NCBI GenBank assembly: GCA_040326155.1
Contig: JBEQLE010000107.1
Location: forward strand, 1 to 10,047
Length of the DNA: 10,047 nucleotides
Origin: Leptospirales bacterium
GTDB lineage: Bacteria; Spirochaetota; Leptospiria; Turneriellales; JAOUFE01
Direction: 5' to 3'
How positions within the stretch are numbered: the first letter of the stretch is position 1; each line of letters begins with the position of its first letter. The notes below the pieces were generated by a model. The model did no database searches, was not told the DNA's origin, and saw nothing but the letters and a program-made list of their open reading frames with translations. Shown here in pieces: positions 1 to 5,975 of the stretch. The position numbers were made by a program, and so were the translations under genes.

Positions 1-26
1 CGTTTCCACTTGAATTTGTGAAGCGG

Positions 27-50
27 TAGCCGTTGGCTAGCCGACGGCTA
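27..50. repeat. REP-like GC-rich palindrome
   Basis: TAGCCGTTGGCT|AGCCGACGGCTA is a 24-bp dyad with one T-G mismatch, in apparently non-coding DNA. Confidence 0.55.
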
Positions 51-290
51 GCGGAACAAATTAAAAAGACACGGCACCAGCTTATTCAGCTTTACAATCT
101 TCGCAGAACGCAACCCTGCATTTTCACCATCTGGATGAAAGTGCGCATCTCGTTTAATCGACCGAAAAACAGCGAACCACCCACGAGTAACTGCATCCGC
201 CTTCCATCGAGAAGTGTAATTGATATAAGGCAAAAAAGGAAATAATGCTTTAAAAAACCGATTTCTTAATTTAATATGCCAGTGGTTTTT

Positions 291-310
291 GAATTTGATA
301 TATTAAATTC
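291..310. promoter_or_regulatory. Candidate operator palindrome upstream of the catabolic operon
   Basis: GAATTTGATA|TATTAAATTC is a dyad with 9 of 10 positions matching, ending 16 nt before ATG 327. Confidence 0.45.
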
Positions 311-326
311 AACACAGGCAAAACCT

Positions 327-1703
327 ATGAATTCAATTGATTGTATCAATCCATTTACAAATAAAGTTGCGGCAAATTATTCGTTAGAATCTGATATCCC
401 AAAAAAGGTTAAACTCGCTCACGATGCTTTTCTACATTGGAAAAAATTTCCTGTTGTGAAAAGAGCGGAAATTCTTAAACAATGCCTGAACTATTTCGAG
501 CAACATCGAGAACAAATTGCAAACGACATTACAGAACAAATGGGAAAACCATTATCTCAATCGAACGGGGAAATTAACGCTCTGTTTGAAAGAGCTCATT
601 TTCTAATAAACGCCGCATCTGAAAGTTTACAAGACGATATACTACCGCAAAAAACAGGTTTTAATCGAAAAATCGTGCACGAACCCCTTGGTGTTGTACT
701 TGTTTTAGCGGCATGGAATTACCCTTTATTAATTGCCATCAATGGAGTGTTGGCCGCTTTATTATCCGGAAATTCAGTTTTATTGAAACACTCTTCGAAC
801 ACCCCGGCAATTGGCCAACATTTTCAAAATGCTTTTGGTAATATTGAGGAGTGCCCAGACTTGTTACAAAATTTAATATTAGACCATCAGCAAACGTCTG
901 GTTTAATTACCGGAGGTGGTATCAACCATGTTATTTTTACAGGTTCGGCAACAGGCGGAAAGAATATTTATAGCAGCGTAAGTAAAACATTTATAGATTG
1001 CCAATTAGAGTTAGGCGGTAAGGACGGCGCCTATATTGCTGAGGACGCCGATTTAGATCACGCGGCGCAGTCCATAGTAGACGGTTCTATGTATAATGCA
1101 GGTCAATCTTGTTGCGGCATCGAACGGGTTTATGTACATAGAGATATTTATGAACCTTTCGTTGAAAAATGTTCTGTTTTACTACAAAGATATATTTTGG
1201 GAGATCCGAAAAAACCGGACACGGACATGGGGCCTTTAGTAAATGCAAACGCGGCCATTGAAATGGAAAAACAAATTGCTGACGCTGTAGAAAAAGGTGC
1301 AAAAGTCATATGCGGGGGGAAACGAAAACTGGTCGACAAGGCAGTGTTTTTTGAGCCTACTTTGTTAGTCAACGTGGACCATACCATGTTAGTAATGCGC
1401 GAAGAAAATTTTGGTCCTATATTGCCGATTATGAAGGTTGATCATGCAGACCAGGCTATTGATCTTATTAACGACAGTGATTATGGTTTGACTGCTGCCG
1501 TGTTTACAAAAGATGAGACAAAAGCAAGCCAGTGGAGCGAAAGACTGGAAGCGGGTACTATATTTATGAATCGTTGTGACTATTTGGACCCGGCCTTGCC
1601 ATGGACAGGCTATAAAAACAGCGGCAAAGGTTCCGGTCTTTCGAAGTATTGTTTCCATTCGTTAACGAGATTAAAATCAATACATTTTAAAAATATTTTG
1701 TAA
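327..1703 (+). CDS. NAD(P)-dependent aldehyde dehydrogenase (probable gamma-glutamyl-aminoaldehyde dehydrogenase), ~458 aa
   Basis: ALDH motifs: WNYP, LKHS, FTGS, catalytic Glu in LELGGKD, catalytic Cys in NAGQSCC, EENFGP, YGL and PWTGYKNSG. The ORF track opens at 276. ATG 327 (MNSIDCINP) is preferred because it gives a typical ALDH N-terminus and follows a weak AGG at 316-318. The substrate is inferred from the operon context. Confidence 0.93.
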   Translation: MNSIDCINPFTNKVAANYSLESDIPKKVKLAHDAFLHWKKFPVVKRAEILKQCLNYFEQHREQIANDITEQMGKPLSQSNGEINALFERAHFLINAASESLQDDILPQKTGFNRKIVHEPLGVVLVLAAWNYPLLIAINGVLAALLSGNSVLLKHSSNTPAIGQHFQNAFGNIEECPDLLQNLILDHQQTSGLITGGGINHVIFTGSATGGKNIYSSVSKTFIDCQLELGGKDGAYIAEDADLDHAAQSIVDGSMYNAGQSCCGIERVYVHRDIYEPFVEKCSVLLQRYILGDPKKPDTDMGPLVNANAAIEMEKQIADAVEKGAKVICGGKRKLVDKAVFFEPTLLVNVDHTMLVMREENFGPILPIMKVDHADQAIDLINDSDYGLTAAVFTKDETKASQWSERLEAGTIFMNRCDYLDPALPWTGYKNSGKGSGLSKYCFHSLTRLKSIHFKNIL

Positions 1704-1725
1704 GAGATTTCAGGAGATATTCCAT

Positions 1726-3120
1726 ATGGCAGAGAATCAATCGGTAGAAAACCAGATAGCAAACAAAATAAAACAATACAAAGAAGAAGGCGTTCGACGT
1801 GTGAAACTCGCCTTTGCAGATATAGACGGAGTTCACCGAGGCAAGTATATCAGCCTCGATAAATTCGAATCTATTGCCGGTTCTACATCCGGGCTTTGCG
1901 ATTGTGTCCTGGGTTGGGATGTCAACGATCAACTCTACGATAATGTAAAGTTTACGGGATGGCATACCGGGTTCCCGGATGCAAAATACAAAGTAGACCT
2001 CTCTACCGAGAGAAGGTTGGTTGATGAAAGCAATACTCCTTTATATTTAATAGAACTCGTAGACAATGATGAAAATTCATCACATTCGATTTGCCCGAGA
2101 AGTATATTGAAGAGAGTTCGTAATAAAGCGGAATCGATGGGATATGGATTGAATATCGCTTTTGAATATGAGTTCTTCTTATTTGAAGAAACCCCCCAGT
2201 CTGCCAGAGAAAAAAATTATAAAAATCTAACGCCTTTTACACCGGGTAATTTTGGTTATTCTCTTATAAGAAGTAATGTAAAATCAGATTTGTTTCATGA
2301 GTTTATGAATTATTGTGAAGACATGGGCTTTGCATTGGAGGGCCTGCATTGCGAAACCGGTCCTGGCGTCTGGGAGGGTGCCATGCATTATGATGAAACG
2401 TTACAAATGGCGGACAAAGCCAGTTTGTTTAAAACGTTTACAAAATCCTTTTTCCAGAAACATGGTCTATTGGCAACTTTTATGGCAAAATGGTCCATGG
2501 ATTATCCGGGGCAAAGCGGACATGTCCATCAATCCCTTTTTGATATAGAGTCCAAGAAGAACTTGTTCTTTGATGAAAAAGATCAATTTAAAATGTCACA
2601 ATTAATGAAGCAATACGTGGCTGGTCAGCAGGAATTTCTAAAACCGTTTTTACCAATGTGCTCGCCAACAATCAACTCTTATACTCGCCTGGTCAAAGGA
2701 GCATGGGCACCTACAACATCCACCTGGGGCGTTGAAAACAGAACAACGGCTTTACGCGTAATACCAGGCAATGCTAAAAGTCAACGACTCGAATTTCGGC
2801 TTGGTTCTGCCGATGCGAATCCTTATTTAGTGGCCTCTGCTATAATTGGCGCAGGCTTAAAAGGTATTGAAAAAAAGTTAAATCTCTCTGAACCAATTAC
2901 AGGGAATGCCTATGAACAAGAAGAAGGCTTACCCGAAAAATGGCAGTTGCCAAGTAATCTAAAAGATGCCACACGCGAATTTTCAAAATCAAAAGAAGCT
3001 AAAGAACTTTTTGGCGCAGACTTTGTGGAACACTTTACAAAAACAAGAGAGTGGGAAGTGCGCGAATATGAAAAGTCTGTCACGGATTGGCAATTGCAAA
3101 GATATTTTGAAATTATATAA
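1726..3120 (+). CDS. Glutamine synthetase family protein, probably a gamma-glutamyl-amine ligase (GlnA4/PuuA-like) rather than an ammonia-assimilating GS
   Basis: GS motifs: DIDGVHRGK, FEYEFF, HCETGPGVWE, ATFMAK, GQSGHVHQS, PTINSYTRL, WGVENRT, RLEFR and ANPYL. The flap reads GAWAPT instead of GYEAP. An AGGAG RBS lies at 1712-1716. Confidence 0.92.
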   Translation: MAENQSVENQIANKIKQYKEEGVRRVKLAFADIDGVHRGKYISLDKFESIAGSTSGLCDCVLGWDVNDQLYDNVKFTGWHTGFPDAKYKVDLSTERRLVDESNTPLYLIELVDNDENSSHSICPRSILKRVRNKAESMGYGLNIAFEYEFFLFEETPQSAREKNYKNLTPFTPGNFGYSLIRSNVKSDLFHEFMNYCEDMGFALEGLHCETGPGVWEGAMHYDETLQMADKASLFKTFTKSFFQKHGLLATFMAKWSMDYPGQSGHVHQSLFDIESKKNLFFDEKDQFKMSQLMKQYVAGQQEFLKPFLPMCSPTINSYTRLVKGAWAPTTSTWGVENRTTALRVIPGNAKSQRLEFRLGSADANPYLVASAIIGAGLKGIEKKLNLSEPITGNAYEQEEGLPEKWQLPSNLKDATREFSKSKEAKELFGADFVEHFTKTREWEVREYEKSVTDWQLQRYFEII

Positions 3121-3132
3121 TAAAGGTTTTTT

Positions 3133-4293
3133 ATGCAGCAATATAATTACCCAACGACTATCTATTTTGGCGAAGGTTCTATCGTCGCTTTAGGCGAAAA
3201 ATTGAAAGCTGAAAGTTTAAAAAATATTTTGCTGGTAACAGATAAAACTTTGTATGAACTAGGCATTGTACAAGAGGTTTTAGATTTACTTACAAACAGC
3301 GAAAAACAGTTTTTTATTTTTGACAAGGTCCACCCTAACCCTTTAGAAGAAGATGTTAAAAAAGGGGTTCAAGCCTTTCGCGACAACCAATGTGATTCTA
3401 TTATTGCTTTAGGCGGAGGCAGCCCTATGGACGCAGCCAAAGTAATTAAATTATCTGTAGCTCACGATGGCCCTCTAGACCAATACGACGACGCCCTGGG
3501 CGGCGACAGATCAATAAAGAATATAATGCCTCCGATGTATGCCATTCCCACTACCGCCGGCACAGGCAGTGAAGTTGGCCGCTCCGGTGTAATTATAATG
3601 AAAAAAACCGGCAAAAAAACAATATTTTTTGCGCCGCAATTAATTCCGGATATAGCGGTTTTAGACCCCACGGTTACCGTTAAATTACCGAGCCATATTA
3701 CGGCGGCTACGGGTATAGACGCTTTAACCCACTGTTTAGAAGCTTACCTGGCTCCGGGGTTTGACCCTATGGCCAATGGCATTGCGCTAGAGGGAATTTC
3801 ATTGGTTTTATCTGCGCTACCTGAAGCCTATAAAAATGGATTCAACTTAGAGGCGCGGGGGAAGATGCTAATGGCGGCAACGATGGGCGCAACTGCCTTT
3901 CAAAAAGGTTTAGGCATGACGCATTCGCTCGCGCATCCCTTGTCCTCAAAATTTCAGCTACACCATGGTTTGGCAATTGCATTGCTGTTACCATTTGTCT
4001 TAAATTTTCTGGAAAACAGACTTTCAAAAACTGACAATATTTCAGGTTTAAATAGATTAAAAAACATCCAGGCTTTGTTCAAAAAGATTGGTATTGAGGG
4101 GGAAAATCTTTCAGATTGTTGCAGCTTTTTCATTAAATCTCTAGACGTCCATTTTGGCCTGGTACAACATGGCATTCATGAAAACTCTATCGAGCAATTA
4201 ACTGAGGAAGCTTTTTACGATCCTTGTCACCAAACGAATATTATCCCGGTTACCAGAGATGATTTAGCAATGGTATATAGAGCGGCCCTGTGA
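3133..4293 (+). CDS. Iron-containing (group III) alcohol dehydrogenase
   Basis: Motifs VHPNP, ALGGGSPMD and IPTTAGTGSE; metal ligands in DALTH, HSLAH and HHG. Starts 12 nt after the GS-like stop codon. Confidence 0.93.
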   Translation: MQQYNYPTTIYFGEGSIVALGEKLKAESLKNILLVTDKTLYELGIVQEVLDLLTNSEKQFFIFDKVHPNPLEEDVKKGVQAFRDNQCDSIIALGGGSPMDAAKVIKLSVAHDGPLDQYDDALGGDRSIKNIMPPMYAIPTTAGTGSEVGRSGVIIMKKTGKKTIFFAPQLIPDIAVLDPTVTVKLPSHITAATGIDALTHCLEAYLAPGFDPMANGIALEGISLVLSALPEAYKNGFNLEARGKMLMAATMGATAFQKGLGMTHSLAHPLSSKFQLHHGLAIALLLPFVLNFLENRLSKTDNISGLNRLKNIQALFKKIGIEGENLSDCCSFFIKSLDVHFGLVQHGIHENSIEQLTEEAFYDPCHQTNIIPVTRDDLAMVYRAAL

Positions 4294-5018
4294 AAATAGC
4301 TTTATTGGTTTGCGGCGATGTTGACAAAACATTCCAACACAATTCTGGCTCTTATCCAGATATGTTTGTTCGTTTGTTTGCAGGTACGGAAAACAATACA
4401 GATCAACAAGTTGAGTTAGTACCTTTTGACGTGCGCCTGAATAACTACCCTCGTGACTTAACTGTTTTTGACGGTTTTTTAACTACGGGTTCATCCCTTT
4501 CTGTCTATGAGAATTTGACATGGCTTTATGAATTGAAAAATTTTATTCGAAAGCTCTATAAAAATGGTCATAAATATTTTGGCGTCTGTTTTGGTCACCA
4601 GCTTATTGCCGAATCTCTCGGGGGAAAAGTCGAAAAATCCAGCAAGGGATGGATGGTGGGCGTAAACCAAACGAAAATTGAAAAACCGCAAACCTGGATG
4701 ACGCCTGAAAAATCCGATTGTATGGTTATTTCCTGTCATCAAGATCAAGTGGTTACATTGCCGCCAGAATCAGAAGTTATAGGATACTCTCTGGGTTGTC
4801 CATATTCCATGATAAAGGTTGGCGACCATTTTATCGGTATACAAGGGCATCCGGAATTTACAAAAGATTATGCTTTGCCTTTAATAGAGTCCAGGCAAGA
4901 TAAAATTCCCATAGATACAATCGAAGCCGCGAAACTCAGCTTTGAAATTTCTCCAGATAATACATTGTTGCGTACCTGGATAATCAACTTTTTCAGTGAA
5001 AGTAATATCGGCGTGTGA
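4290..5018 (+). CDS. Class I glutamine amidotransferase-like protein (probable gamma-glutamyl amide hydrolase)
   Basis: Cys-His-Glu triad in GVCFGHQ and QGHPE, plus TGS and HQDQV motifs. It is stand-alone, with no synthase domain. The GTG start overlaps the ADH stop (GTGA, 4290-4293), which suggests translational coupling. Confidence 0.88.
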   Translation: MKIALLVCGDVDKTFQHNSGSYPDMFVRLFAGTENNTDQQVELVPFDVRLNNYPRDLTVFDGFLTTGSSLSVYENLTWLYELKNFIRKLYKNGHKYFGVCFGHQLIAESLGGKVEKSSKGWMVGVNQTKIEKPQTWMTPEKSDCMVISCHQDQVVTLPPESEVIGYSLGCPYSMIKVGDHFIGIQGHPEFTKDYALPLIESRQDKIPIDTIEAAKLSFEISPDNTLLRTWIINFFSESNIGV

Positions 5019-5091
5019 ACGATAGACGTTCATTTCTTCTAACGTTTCTTATATAAAAAGAGCAAAGCCTATTGCACCAAAAGCATCTTGC

Positions 5092-5730
5092 TTAAAAACT
5101 GTTTTCTTTTGAAAGCGAAAACCCTTTTAGAACCTGGCTTTCAAATGGACCTTTTGTCTCTTTTTTCCATCTGGTTTTACGATTGTGCCACACCTGAACG
5201 GTTTGATTTCGAGGGTCAAGAACCCAGTACTCTTTTACACCATTTACTAAATAACGCTCGGCTTTTACTCCGGTGTCACGTTTTTCAGTGGATTCAGATA
5301 AAATTTCACAAACCAGGTCGGGAACGCCATGAATGTGCCCTTGAACAATACCTAGATTCTCGTTTAAAATAAAGGAAATGTCAGGTCTTAAAACATCGCC
5401 ACCATCGGGTAAAAAGATATCTATTTCGGTGACTACCTCCCCGACAGGATTAGCCTTTAAATAGTTGTGAATTAAAAATAATGTTTTCCCCTGGCACTTC
5501 CCATGCCCATATTTTGCGCTTGGTGATAATACTAACAACCCATCGACCATATCATACTTATAACCGTCTGATTCAAGATCAAGATACACTTCACGGGAAA
5601 CTTTCATGCCATTGTACCTCGGATTAATTTTATTGGAACTATTGTTACCAAAGACATGGTCGGTATCACCAACATACTTATTAGAAAAAGAATTATAATT
5701 GGGAGCAGAGGGAGAAGAAAAACCGGTCAT
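5092..5730 (-). CDS. Uma2 family (DUF820) putative restriction-like endonuclease, PD-(D/E)xK fold
   Basis: Motifs YDMVDG..V.SPS...H, RPDISF, PDLVCEILSES, K..RY and GVKEYWVLDP. The start is uncertain: the first ~40 aa are low-complexity and no clear RBS was seen. Confidence 0.88.
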   Translation of the reverse strand: MTGFSSPSAPNYNSFSNKYVGDTDHVFGNNSSNKINPRYNGMKVSREVYLDLESDGYKYDMVDGLLVLSPSAKYGHGKCQGKTLFLIHNYLKANPVGEVVTEIDIFLPDGGDVLRPDISFILNENLGIVQGHIHGVPDLVCEILSESTEKRDTGVKAERYLVNGVKEYWVLDPRNQTVQVWHNRKTRWKKETKGPFESQVLKGFSLSKENSF

Positions 5731-5850
5731 ACGTCAAAATAACTAATCTGCTTAGAAATGGCAAAAAAAAATAATAAAGATGTGGAAAACCATAATCAAA
5801 AAATGTATTATGCATAATTGCAAAACCCATACGAAGTCGGGGGGTAGCGT

Positions 5851-5879
5851 AAAAAAAACCGACTTTAGTGACCGGTTTT
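5851..5879 (-). terminator. Probable intrinsic terminator downstream of the P-type ATPase
   Basis: The minus strand reads AAAACCGG-TCACTAAAG-TCGGTTTTTTTT: a stem with one G-U pair running into an 8-U tract, ~100 nt after the ATPase stop. Confidence 0.65.
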
Positions 5880-5890
5880 ATTCTACATTT

Positions 5891-5963
5891 GGGGGGCCAG
5901 ATGAACTCCGCAGAAGCGCGATTTATGGCGCTTCTGCGTGAGAGGTGAAAATCACGTCCCCCC
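5891..5963. repeat. GC-rich nested inverted-repeat element between the ATPase stop and its terminator
   Basis: A perfect 11-bp stem CGCAGAAGCGC (5909-5919) / GCGCTTCTGCG (5928-5938) and a small hairpin GTGA-AAA-TCAC (5945-5955), closed by G6 (5891-5896) / C6 (5958-5963). Confidence 0.6.
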
Positions 5964-5975
5964 TTTTATTCTGTT

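Noticed and set aside
33..245. Short ORFs 33-245 (+) and 48-233 (-)
   Set aside because: Both have TTG starts, no RBS and no recognisable motifs, and they overlap palindromic DNA.
1726..3120. Gene symbol glnA (and gabD, guaA for neighbouring genes)
   Set aside because: The flap Glu is missing, the GATase has no GMP synthase domain, and the context indicates catabolic glutamylation, so orthology is not supported.
5818..5860. c-di-GMP-I riboswitch
   Set aside because: The P2 pairing is poor, there is no GAAA tetraloop/receptor or P3, and no + strand gene lies downstream.
5891..5963. Hammerhead ribozyme-like order of motifs on + (CAGATGA ... GAAA ... GTC) and tRNA-like size with G6/C6 ends
   Set aside because: The core is CAGATGA rather than CTGATGA and stem III cannot form. 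As a tRNA it lacks a proper T arm, the D-loop GG and a 7-nt anticodon loop.
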